64,000 nt of DNA from Myxococcota bacterium (GTDB lineage: Bacteria > Myxococcota_A > UBA796 > UBA2385). How positions within the stretch are numbered: position 1 is the stretch's first letter; the number at the start of each line of letters is the position of its first letter. Location of the stretch: positions 96,001 through 160,000 of the forward strand of contig JBIJDH010000008.1 in NCBI GenBank assembly GCA_044344255.1. The letters are read 5' to 3'. Below are positions 44,656-53,602 of the stretch, in pieces. A program made the position numbers and the translations under genes. The notes below the pieces were generated by a model. The model saw only the letters and a program-made list of their open reading frames with translations. It was not told the origin of the DNA and ran no database searches.

Positions 44656-45767
44656 CCGGGCGGCAGGGCGAGGCTATCGAGGACGGGGCCCCAGTCGGGG
44701 CAGAGCTCACCGATCGGCGCCCCCGTGGGGTCGGCGGCGTCTCCGCAGCCCGAGCAGTCCGCCCGCAGCTCGACCGGATACCAGTAGCCCACGTCATCGC
44801 GGACAGAGAGGCGCCCGCCGGTGGGCGCGCCGGGACAGGCGGCCGTGTCGAGGGTGACCGCCTCGAGGAAAATGGCGAGCCCGTCGGCGGAGAGGCCCCC
44901 ATCCAGCGTGGCGGTCTGTCGATCGGCCTCCCAGACCCCGGAGAGGTCCAAGGTCATGCTGGGGGTGAGCGCGAGCCAACCCTCCCCCCAGTCCCAGCCC
45001 CAGGTGCCGTGCACCGACTGCCACCAGGCCACAGGCGCCTCCCCCTCGGCCCGCCACCAGAAGAGCTCGCCGCCGAGCACGCCCCAGCCGCCGGTGGGGC
45101 TCTGGACGAAGCCGTCGCCGTCCATCTCCTGGAGGACACCGTCGGGCTCGAGGGTCTCGGCCCGCAGCGTCAGCCCGGCGAAGACCCAGCCCTCCGGGGT
45201 GGTGCAGCCGGGGATGGGGGCGTGGTAGTCGTGCAGCGGCTCGCGCCAGCCGCTGGGACAGGGGTCGCCGCCGTGGGCGTAGAGCAGATCGACATAGGCG
45301 AGGAAGAGGTGGTCGGCGCGGGGGAGGCCGGCGCCGAGCACCGCCTCGACCCGCGCCCCCAGCTCAAGGGCGTCGAGGTGGACGGGGGGCTCGAGGACGA
45401 CCGGCTCGGAGACCTCGAGGGGATCGACGCAGGCGAGGTAGGCGGCGAGCGCGGTCAGGGAATCGGCGTCGACGCCTCCGCCGACGGGCATCGACTGGAG
45501 CGAGAGCACCGAGCGCTCAATGGCGGCCGTGTGGGCGGCGACCTCGGCGGCGCTGTCGAAATTAAGGCCCTCTGGCGCCCCGCGGCGATCCGGCGTGGTG
45601 GCGGAGTGACAGGCGCCGCACCAGGTCCGAAAGAAGCCGGCGCCCCAGCCGGCCCAGGAGACGGTCGGCTCACACGCAGGGTCTGCGTCGCCCGCGTCAC
45701 CGGCCGGCGCCGCCTCCGCGTCCGCAGGGGTGGGCTCGGCGCCACAGGCGAGCAAGAGGAGCAGCAT
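44652..45767 (-). CDS. Lipoprotein with single-heme cytochrome c-like domain
   Basis: MLLLLLAC; FF..WCGACHS...R.GAP...MP.GGG. Confidence 0.65.
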   Translation of the reverse strand: MLLLLLACGAEPTPADAEAAPAGDAGDADPACEPTVSWAGWGAGFFRTWCGACHSATTPDRRGAPEGLNFDSAAEVAAHTAAIERSVLSLQSMPVGGGVDADSLTALAAYLACVDPLEVSEPVVLEPPVHLDALELGARVEAVLGAGLPRADHLFLAYVDLLYAHGGDPCPSGWREPLHDYHAPIPGCTTPEGWVFAGLTLRAETLEPDGVLQEMDGDGFVQSPTGGWGVLGGELFWWRAEGEAPVAWWQSVHGTWGWDWGEGWLALTPSMTLDLSGVWEADRQTATLDGGLSADGLAIFLEAVTLDTAACPGAPTGGRLSVRDDVGYWYPVELRADCSGCGDAADPTGAPIGELCPDWGPVLDSLALPPG

Positions 45768-45846
45768 CCCCCCAAGGTAGCAGACCGGGTTGGCTGAGGC
45801 ACCGCGCTCGGAGCCGGATAGGGGGTCTGCCCTCCCGAGGTGCTCC

Positions 45847-46710
45847 ATGCTGCTGCTCATCTCCCTCCTCTTCGGCTGTCGCAGCGAAGACATCGCGCAG
45901 GCCCACAAGGGCCGCCTCTTTGACCGCACGGGCGTGCTCGCCGGCTTCACGGGCGGAAACGGCTTCAGCGGCCCCGTCCTCGGCCCCGGCACCCACTGGA
46001 CCGGGCTCTACGACGAGCTCCGCGTGGTGGACTGCAGCACCCGCACCGTGAAGGAGCCGATGGTCGCGCTCACCCGCGACGGCGTGCAGTTCGGGCTCGA
46101 CATCTACCTGCGCTTCCACGCCGACTGCGGCGAAGACAACGTGATGAAGATCCTCGAGACCGTCAGCCCCGACAAGGGCGACGTCATCACCTCGGAGGCC
46201 TTCTACAACACCTACGTGCGCGGGGCCCTCGGCGAGGCCGTGCGCGAGAACATCTCCCCCCACAACGCCAATGACCTGAACAACAAGCGCGAGGAGGTGC
46301 TCGTGGGCATCCGCCAGCGCTTCCTCGACATGCTGAAGGACCGCGACCAGAAGTTCGTGGTGGTCGAGGAGCTCAACCTCTCGAACATGGACTTCCCCGA
46401 CGAGATGGACCAGGCCAACAACGAGCGCGCCGTGCAGTCCGTGCTCAAGGACAAGGCCATCGCCGAGCGGGAGAAGGTGGCCGCGGAGATCGAGACCGCC
46501 TCCAAGAAGGAGGAGCTCGCCCAGAAGGAGGGCGCCGTCGAGGCGGCCCGCATCCGAGAGATCGGCCGCGCGCTCGCCGAGAACCCCGCCTACCTGCAGT
46601 ACGACATGCAGCTCAAGCTGCCGGGCATCTACGAGAAGGCGGGCGCCAGCGGCAACATGGTGATCACGGCCCCCAGCCCCACCGTGATGATGACGAACGC
46701 CAAGCCCTGA
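45847..46710 (+). CDS. SPFH/prohibitin (Band 7) family protein
   Basis: LGPGTH, LTRDG, R.AVRE, KREE, FP......E, followed by an Ala/Glu coiled coil. Confidence 0.85.
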   Translation: MLLLISLLFGCRSEDIAQAHKGRLFDRTGVLAGFTGGNGFSGPVLGPGTHWTGLYDELRVVDCSTRTVKEPMVALTRDGVQFGLDIYLRFHADCGEDNVMKILETVSPDKGDVITSEAFYNTYVRGALGEAVRENISPHNANDLNNKREEVLVGIRQRFLDMLKDRDQKFVVVEELNLSNMDFPDEMDQANNERAVQSVLKDKAIAEREKVAAEIETASKKEELAQKEGAVEAARIREIGRALAENPAYLQYDMQLKLPGIYEKAGASGNMVITAPSPTVMMTNAKP

Positions 46711-46792
46711 CGCGAGACGCTGAGGCGCGACGTCGTGTGAGGCCCGTCAGCGGCGAACCGGGGAGAGGGACTCCATACTGGAGAGGGAAGAA

Positions 46793-47746
46793 TTGAGGCG
46801 CATCATCTTCGGGTTCTCTCTGCTGTCTGTCGCCGGCCTCGCCGCCTGTGGGGCCGGCGCCGACCCGGGCGAGGGCCTCTCCGCCCAGCCGGGCTGGGAC
46901 GACCCCACCGCTCGCCGCTGGACCCGCGCAGGCCAGTGGTACCCCGAAGACCCCGACGCCCTCGACGCGGCCGTCTATGGCCTCATCGACGAGGCCGGCG
47001 GCAGCGCGCGGCCCGCCCGCGCCCTCCTCTCTCCGCACGCCGGCCTGTCCTACTCGGGGGCCGTGGCCGCTGAGGCCTGGGCCCGCGTCGAGGTGCCGGA
47101 CACGGTGATCATCCTCTCCCCGCACCATTGGGCCGAGGGGGCCGACGCCGCGATCTGGACCGAGGGCCCCTGGCTCGTGCCCGGCTACGCCATCCCGATC
47201 GATCAGGCCCTCACCGACACCGTGATGGCGCAGATCCCCGACCTCGTCTCCGACCGCGCGGCCTTCGACCACCACGAGGTCGAGATGCTGCTGCCCTTCC
47301 TCTCCCGGGTGAACCCGGACGTCGAGATGGTGGTCATCGGGCTCCGCGACAACCAGGACTGGCACTTCCCCGACTTCGACCTCGCGCGAATCGAGGAGAT
47401 GGGCGCCGCCCTGGCCGAGGTCATCGCCGAGCGGGAGGCGGCGGGCGAAGCGGTCCTGCTCATCCTCACGACCGACCTCGTGCACTATGTGCCCCGCGAG
47501 CAGGCCGACCAGGAGGACCCCATCCTCCTCGACCACATCGCGCGCCTCGACGCGGCGGGGCTCTACGAGAGCGTGGCCGAGCAGGAGCTCAGCATCTGCG
47601 GGGAGGTGCCGATCGCGGTCGGGATGACGGCCCTGCGCGCCCTCGGGGCGACCGAGCTCGAGCTGCTGGCCTATGACACGAGCGACAGCCGCACCGGGGA
47701 CTCGAGCTCCGTCGTCGGCTACGCCTCGGGGCGGGTGCTCCCATGA
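46793..47746 (+). CDS. Memo-family (AmmeMemoRadiSam B-like) protein with lipoprotein signal
   Basis: LAAC lipobox; AGQWYP, PHAGLSYSG, SPHH, HEVE..LPFL, TDLVHY, ICG, VVGYA. Confidence 0.85.
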   Translation: MRRIIFGFSLLSVAGLAACGAGADPGEGLSAQPGWDDPTARRWTRAGQWYPEDPDALDAAVYGLIDEAGGSARPARALLSPHAGLSYSGAVAAEAWARVEVPDTVIILSPHHWAEGADAAIWTEGPWLVPGYAIPIDQALTDTVMAQIPDLVSDRAAFDHHEVEMLLPFLSRVNPDVEMVVIGLRDNQDWHFPDFDLARIEEMGAALAEVIAEREAAGEAVLLILTTDLVHYVPREQADQEDPILLDHIARLDAAGLYESVAEQELSICGEVPIAVGMTALRALGATELELLAYDTSDSRTGDSSSVVGYASGRVLP

Positions 47747-49008
47747 GCCCCAGCGCGAGGCTCCGCCGGCTCGGTCCTATCGCCCTGCCCGCGCTGTCCG
47801 CGCTGTCTCTCGCCTGCGGCGGGAAGGGCGGCGACACCGGAGTCTGTGAGGCGCCCGCCCTGCGCAGCGCCGATTGGGCCGCGGGAGACCTCGACCAGGA
47901 TGAGGGGCAGGCCGGGGTCGCCTGGTCCGCGGCCCTCGCCGGAGGTTATCTGCGGCGGGTGCAGAGGCCGGCCGACTGTGTCGACGACTCCGGGGACGGG
48001 TGTATGCCCTTCGTCTATCAGTATGACCCCCGCACCGGAGAGGGAGAGGACGACGAGTCGATCCACCGACAGGTGGTGGGCACCCTCGCCCTCGCCCGAC
48101 TGGCCAAGGTGACCGGCGAGGAGCGGCTCCGACAGGGCGCGGAGGACGCCCTCACCCTGCTCGTCGGACAGGCGGTCACCCTCTCCGACGGGCGGATCCG
48201 CCTCTCCGACCTCGGCGCCACCGGCCTCCTCGTGATGGCCATCGCGGAGTACGAGCGCGCGACGGGGGACGCCCGCTTTCACAGCACCCTCGAGGGGGCC
48301 GGCGCCACCGTGCTCGCCGCGGTCGCCCCCGACGGCTCCTTCAACGAGGGGAGCGCCCTCGTCTGGGCCCAGCTCCACCACGCCCTCTGGAACCTCTGGA
48401 CGGCGACCGGCGACGCGGCCTATCACGAGGCCCTCGAGCGGGTGGTCGCCTATGCCGACACCCAGCAAGGCGACACCGGGGTGGGCGGCTACTTCGAGTT
48501 CCCCTACATCTATGGCCTCTGGGCGAATGAGCCCATCACCGAGCTCTATCGCGAGCGCCCCGACGAGGCCCTCCCGGCGCTGGTCTTCGCGGTGGGCGAC
48601 GACGTGCTCTCCCGCCAATACAGCGACCGCGGCACCGGCGTGAGCCCCTCGGACTGCGCCTACACGGGCGGCTGGACCCCCACCGACGGCCACTCGGCCC
48701 CCAATTGGAACCACACCATCAAGCTCGAGGCGATGGCCGACGCCTATCGGATGGCGGAGCTCACCGACGACGCCGACCGTATCGAGCGGTACGGCCACGC
48801 GGCCCGCATCGGCGCCGCCTGGCTGATGGGCGACCAGTACCGCGGCGACGAGACTGACACCTTCGCCGTCCCCGGTGAGGCCATCGGCGGCATCCCGCTC
48901 TTCGAGGGCGACCCCGACGTGCGGGTCGACATCCCCGGGCACGGCTCGATCGCGCTCTTGAAGGTCTCTCAGTGGGTGGTCGGGGAGGCGGCGCCGGGCT
49001 CCCTGTGA
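47743..49008 (+). CDS. Lipoprotein, probable alpha/alpha-toroid fold
   Basis: LAC lipobox; repeated helical units (LARLAKVTGEE, YERATGDARF, LWTATGDAAY); ATGA-coupled. Confidence 0.65.
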   Translation: MSPSARLRRLGPIALPALSALSLACGGKGGDTGVCEAPALRSADWAAGDLDQDEGQAGVAWSAALAGGYLRRVQRPADCVDDSGDGCMPFVYQYDPRTGEGEDDESIHRQVVGTLALARLAKVTGEERLRQGAEDALTLLVGQAVTLSDGRIRLSDLGATGLLVMAIAEYERATGDARFHSTLEGAGATVLAAVAPDGSFNEGSALVWAQLHHALWNLWTATGDAAYHEALERVVAYADTQQGDTGVGGYFEFPYIYGLWANEPITELYRERPDEALPALVFAVGDDVLSRQYSDRGTGVSPSDCAYTGGWTPTDGHSAPNWNHTIKLEAMADAYRMAELTDDADRIERYGHAARIGAAWLMGDQYRGDETDTFAVPGEAIGGIPLFEGDPDVRVDIPGHGSIALLKVSQWVVGEAAPGSL

Positions 49009-49041
49009 GCGTTGCCGACCGCCGACGGCACCCCGCGCCGG

Positions 49042-50328
49042 TCAGTCGAGCAGCTCCCCCTCCTCGATCAGCAGCTCGACGAAGTCACCGCGCAGGCAGT
49101 GCTGGCTGGCCATGCTGCTGCCATAGGCGCCCCCCGGATAGAGCACGAGATGGTCCCCCTCCTCGAGCTCGGGGAGCGCCACGTCGCGACAGAAGACGTC
49201 CACCGCCTCGTTGATGTGCCCGGCGAGGTGGTAACGATGGTCGGGCGCGGCCAGGGGGCGCTCGACATGAAAGACCGCCGGAGGGAGCCCGTAGTGGGCC
49301 GCATAGAGGTTGACCGCATGACCGGCGTCCACCCCCGCCCAGGTGATCTCGCCCTTGGGCTCAACGGTGTTGACCTCGACGAGCAGGAGCCCCGCTGCGT
49401 CGATGAGGAAGGTGCCGGGCTCGACCAGCACGCGGCGCCCGAGGGGGCCGAGGTGCTCCTGAATGGCGGGGACGAGGTCACCCGGCCGGAGGGGCTGGTC
49501 GGCGCGACGCCGCCGGGCGCCGAGGCCCCCGCCGAGGTTGAGCTGCTCCACGCCGGGGTGGGCGCGGGCGACGGCGGCGAGCCGCTCGAGCACCCCCTCG
49601 ACAGCCGCGAGCGCGCCCCGCTGGAGGCCCCAGCCGAGGTGGGTGTGCAGGGTGTCGACGACGAGGCCGAGCGACTGACAGAGGGCGAAGACCTCGGGGA
49701 GGTCCTCCCAGAGGAAGCCGAATTTCGAATTGCCATAGGCGAGCTTGGGGTCGTCGCCGTAGCCCACCGCGACGCCGGGATCGATCCGCAGGCCGATCCG
49801 GTGCCCCCCCGGCACCATCGCGGCGAGGCGGCGGAGCGCGGAGCGGCTGTCCAGGTTGAGGTGGACGCCGCTGCGGACGAGGCGCACGAGGTCGCGCTCG
49901 GAGAGCATCCCGCCGGTGAAGGACACCTGCTCGGGGCGGAAGCCCACCGCGAGGGCCCGCTCCACCTCGCCGGGGGAGCAGGCGTCGATGCCGACGTCCC
50001 CCTCGGACAGGAAGAGGGAGAGGAGGGGGCGGTGCCGATTGGCCTTCATCGCGAAGAGGATCTGCGCAGGGAGGCCGGTCGCGGCGAGCGCGGCGCGGAG
50101 CTCCCCGAGGGCCTGCCGCACCCGCGCCGCGTCGTAGACATAAGCGGGGGTGCCGTGGGCGCGCGCCAGATCGCGGAGGGAGCGCCCAGCGAAGCACAGG
50201 CCACCCGGCCCGACCGAGAGGCCCGTCCAGTCGAGGGCCTCGCGCTGGGGATCGATCCGCCCGAAGCCGGGCGGAGCGCGGCGCGCGGGGGGGAGAAGGA
50301 GGGAGCCCGGCGGGGCAGACGCGGTCAT
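49042..50328 (-). CDS. Diaminopimelate decarboxylase-like PLP fold-III enzyme
   Basis: GTPAYVYD, FAMKAN, SKFG, NLGGG, EPG, GAYG.SMAS. Confidence 0.85.
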   Translation of the reverse strand: MTASAPPGSLLLPPARRAPPGFGRIDPQREALDWTGLSVGPGGLCFAGRSLRDLARAHGTPAYVYDAARVRQALGELRAALAATGLPAQILFAMKANRHRPLLSLFLSEGDVGIDACSPGEVERALAVGFRPEQVSFTGGMLSERDLVRLVRSGVHLNLDSRSALRRLAAMVPGGHRIGLRIDPGVAVGYGDDPKLAYGNSKFGFLWEDLPEVFALCQSLGLVVDTLHTHLGWGLQRGALAAVEGVLERLAAVARAHPGVEQLNLGGGLGARRRRADQPLRPGDLVPAIQEHLGPLGRRVLVEPGTFLIDAAGLLLVEVNTVEPKGEITWAGVDAGHAVNLYAAHYGLPPAVFHVERPLAAPDHRYHLAGHINEAVDVFCRDVALPELEEGDHLVLYPGGAYGSSMASQHCLRGDFVELLIEEGELLD

Positions 50329-50368
50329 GCGGCCACGCTATCCGGGGCGGGACGCCTGCGGAGAACCG

Positions 50369-50923
50369 ATGCTGCTCCTCCTCCTCGCCCTCGCCTGCGC
50401 GCATGTCCCCGGGGGAGCCTCGCCCCTGCCCCCCGCCGGGCTGCTCTCGATCTCGCTGCCCGACGGCACGCTGCCCCGGCCCTTCACCGCCGAGCAGATC
50501 CGTGCGGCGATGCCGGTGGGCACCCAGATCGACCTCCGCGTCGCGGTCGGCGGCCAGGCCCCCGTCTCCTTCCGCTGGGTGGTGAGCGCCGCCGACGCCG
50601 AGACGGTCACCATCCTCTCCTCCACCCAGGGGCCCGACGGCCGCTGGACCCCGGACGAGGGGGACGGCCGCAGCCGCTGGAGCGAGCTCGTCGAGCACGC
50701 CGCCTTCCCCTCCAAGCAGAGCCAGCGCGTGGAGTCGACGGTGGACACCCCGCTCGGCCACTTCGACACCTGGCGCTACACCGTGAACGGCAAAGACGAG
50801 GCCGGCCGCGACCAGGTGAGCACCTACCACTTCGCTCGGACCCTGCCCGGCCCGCCCGTGCTCTACACCGTCGAGCAGGGCGGGGTGGAGGTCTTCCGGA
50901 TGAGCCAGACGCTGCGGCGCTGA
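50369..50923 (+). CDS. Hypothetical lipoprotein
   Basis: MLLLLLALAC; GGAG RBS; typical codon bias; beta-rich. Confidence 0.65.
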   Translation: MLLLLLALACAHVPGGASPLPPAGLLSISLPDGTLPRPFTAEQIRAAMPVGTQIDLRVAVGGQAPVSFRWVVSAADAETVTILSSTQGPDGRWTPDEGDGRSRWSELVEHAAFPSKQSQRVESTVDTPLGHFDTWRYTVNGKDEAGRDQVSTYHFARTLPGPPVLYTVEQGGVEVFRMSQTLRR

Positions 50924-51016
50924 TCGACGGTCGGCGGGGGACTGCGCTCCCGCGCGACGCGCCTTGCCGCAATACAGCATCACGGATATTGCAGCGCGGC
51001 AAATCCGGAGCGCCCG

Positions 51017-52285
51017 ATGTCTGAGTCCGCCCCGCTGGCCGAGGCCAGCCCCGCCACCCCGCGCGCAACCTACGCGCTCGGGCTGCTCTGCGTCGTCTAC
51101 CTCCTCAACTTCCTCGATCGCACGCTCATCTTCGTCCTGTTTCCGCCCATCAAGGCCGAGCTCCACTTCACCGACACGCAGCTCGCCCTGCTCGGCAGCA
51201 CCTCCTTCGTGCTGTTCTACACGGTGCTCGGGATCCCCTTCGGCCGCCTCGCAGACCGCGTGTCCCGCACCCGGATGATCGCGGTGGGCCTCGCGGTCTG
51301 GAGCCTCTTCTCGGGGCTCACCGGCTTCGCCGACAGCTTCGCCACCCTCTTCTTCTGCCGCGTGATGGTGGGCGTGGGCGAGGCCACCCTCGGGCCGGCG
51401 GCGATGTCCCTGCTGTCTGACCTCTTCCCTGCGCATCGGCGCGCCACGGTGCAGTCGATCTACTCGGCGGGCATCCCCCTCGGCGCGGCCGCCGCCATCT
51501 TCCTCGGCGGGCACATCGGCGGCGAGTGGGGCTGGCGGACCGCCTTCTACGTCCTCGGCTTCCCCGGCCTCTTCCTCGCCGGCCTCGTGCTGGCGCTGGC
51601 CGAGCCCCCCCGCGGCCGCACCGAGGCCGCCAGCGCCGCCGAGGCCCCGCCCGACTGGCGCGTGCTGCTTCGCAGCATCCCCCTCCGCTACCACATCGCC
51701 GGCTACGCGCTGATGGCGGTGGCCGGGAACTCGCTCTCGATCTGGCTGCCGAGCCTCCTCGCGCGCCACTGGCAGATGCCGCTCAGCGACATCGGCAACT
51801 TCGGCGGCTTCGCCACCGCGCTCTCGGGCGGCCTCGCCACGGCCTTCGGCGGCGCGGGCGCCGACGTGCTGCGCCGTAAGGACCGCGGCGGTCGCCTCCG
51901 CTTCTCGCTCATCCTCGCCCTCCTCTGCACGCCGCTCTGGATCCTGCTGCTCTGGTCGCCCGTGCTCATCGGGGTCAAGCTCGCCTGGTTCCTGCTCGCC
52001 GGCTTCGGGCTCGCCTGGCTCGGCCCCGCGGCGGCCGACGTGCACGACATCGTCGGGCCGAAGCTCCGGGGGCTCGGCATCGCGGTCTACTTCTTCTTCG
52101 TCAACATCGTGGGCTACGGCGTCGCCCCCCTCATCGTGGGCGCGCTCAACGACCGAATGGGCGTCGCCGCCGATCCCGGCCTCATGCGCACCATCCTCCT
52201 GCTCTGCCCCGCCGCCTGCCTGCTCGCCGCCCTCTGCTTCTTCATCGGCAGCCGCAAGCTCGCCGCCGAGCCGCACCGGGCCTGA
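51017..52285 (+). CDS. MFS transporter (spinster-like)
   Basis: NFLDR, GRLADR.SR, R..VGVGEA, SD.FP..RRA, WGWR, EP.RG. Confidence 0.9.
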   Translation: MSESAPLAEASPATPRATYALGLLCVVYLLNFLDRTLIFVLFPPIKAELHFTDTQLALLGSTSFVLFYTVLGIPFGRLADRVSRTRMIAVGLAVWSLFSGLTGFADSFATLFFCRVMVGVGEATLGPAAMSLLSDLFPAHRRATVQSIYSAGIPLGAAAAIFLGGHIGGEWGWRTAFYVLGFPGLFLAGLVLALAEPPRGRTEAASAAEAPPDWRVLLRSIPLRYHIAGYALMAVAGNSLSIWLPSLLARHWQMPLSDIGNFGGFATALSGGLATAFGGAGADVLRRKDRGGRLRFSLILALLCTPLWILLLWSPVLIGVKLAWFLLAGFGLAWLGPAAADVHDIVGPKLRGLGIAVYFFFVNIVGYGVAPLIVGALNDRMGVAADPGLMRTILLLCPAACLLAALCFFIGSRKLAAEPHRA

Positions 52286-52336
52286 TCCGCGCCGGCGCCC
52301 TCGCCCGGCCGCCGCGACGGGCTAAGCCGCGGCCCC

Positions 52337-53602
52337 GTGAGCACCCCCCTCGCCGCGCTCCAGAGCCCCGCCTTCCGCCGCTACCAGGTGGCGCGGCTCT
52401 GTACGATCCTGGCCACCCAGACGATCTCGGTCGCGGTGGGCTGGCAGGTCTATGACCAGTCGCGAGAGCCCCTCTCCCTCGGCCTGATCGGCCTCTTCCA
52501 GTTCGTGCCCCACCTCCTGCTCTTCCCGCTCACGGGGGCCGTCGCCGACCGCTTCGACCGGAAGCGGGTGGTGATGGCCTGCTACGCGGTCTTCCTAACC
52601 ACGAGCCTCAGCCTCGCGGTCATCGCCAGCCTCCACCTGCCCGTGGTCTGGCCGATCTACGCGGTGCTCGTGCTGCACGCCGCCGGGCGCTCCTTCTACA
52701 GCCCCGCCGCCCAGGCCTTCCTCCCCGAGACCGTGCCCGTCGAGGTCTACTCGGGGGCGATGACCCTCTCCTCCTCGCTCTACTCCTTCGGCTCCATCGC
52801 CGGGCCGGCGCTCGGAGGCGTGGTCTACGCCGTGTCGGGGAGCGCGGCGGTCACCTACAGCATGGCCCTGGTGCTGCTGCTCATCGCCCTCGTCGTGATC
52901 ACGCCGGTGCGGCCACAACGGACGGGGCGAGCGCCGCGGGAGCCGGGGGTGTCGAGGTCCGCCGAGGTGCTGGCGGGCCTGCGATTCATCTTCGCCCACC
53001 CCATCATCCTCGGCGCGATCACGCTCGACCTCTTCGCGGTGCTGCTCGGCGGGGCGGTGGCCCTCCTGCCCATCTTCGCCCGCGACATCCTCCACACCGG
53101 CCCCTGGGGCCTCGGCCTCTTGCGGGCGGCCCCCTCGATCGGGGCGCTGCTCTTCGCGCTGCTGCTCGCCCGCTTCCCGATCCGCGGGGGCGCTGGCTGG
53201 AAGCTGCTCGTCGCGGTCGCGGCCTTCGGGGCGGCCACCGTGGTCTTTGGCCTGTCCACGACCTTCTGGCTCAGCCTCTTCGCCCTCTTCTGCGCCGGGG
53301 CGGCCGATGAGGTGTCGGTGGTGATCCGCCTCAACCTCGTCCAGCTCAACACGCCCGATCACCTGCGCGGCCGGGTCACGGCGGCGGAGTTCGTGTTCAT
53401 CACAGTGTCGAATGAGCTCGGCGAGATGGAGTCCGGCCTCGCCGCCGCGGCCTTCGGGGCCGTGCCCGCCGTGGTGCTCGGGGGCGTCGGGAGCATCGTC
53501 GTGGCCTGTGTCACCGCGCTCGTGGCCCCCCGCCTCCGCTCCGTGGACAGCCTCGCCCCCGCGCGGGGGTTGGACAGCCCTACGGGATCATCAGCGACTT
53601 GA
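52337..53602 (+). CDS. MFS transporter (DHA3/EntS-like)
   Basis: GAVADRFDRK, GPALGG, LDLFAVLLGG, TPD.LRGRV, SNELG..ESG. Confidence 0.9.
   Translation: MSTPLAALQSPAFRRYQVARLCTILATQTISVAVGWQVYDQSREPLSLGLIGLFQFVPHLLLFPLTGAVADRFDRKRVVMACYAVFLTTSLSLAVIASLHLPVVWPIYAVLVLHAAGRSFYSPAAQAFLPETVPVEVYSGAMTLSSSLYSFGSIAGPALGGVVYAVSGSAAVTYSMALVLLLIALVVITPVRPQRTGRAPREPGVSRSAEVLAGLRFIFAHPIILGAITLDLFAVLLGGAVALLPIFARDILHTGPWGLGLLRAAPSIGALLFALLLARFPIRGGAGWKLLVAVAAFGAATVVFGLSTTFWLSLFALFCAGAADEVSVVIRLNLVQLNTPDHLRGRVTAAEFVFITVSNELGEMESGLAAAAFGAVPAVVLGGVGSIVVACVTALVAPRLRSVDSLAPARGLDSPTGSSAT

Noticed and set aside
49012..52276. Long ORFs 49012-51024 (+) and 49478-52276 (-)
   Set aside because: Shadow frames overlapping the well-supported decarboxylase, lipoprotein and MFS genes.
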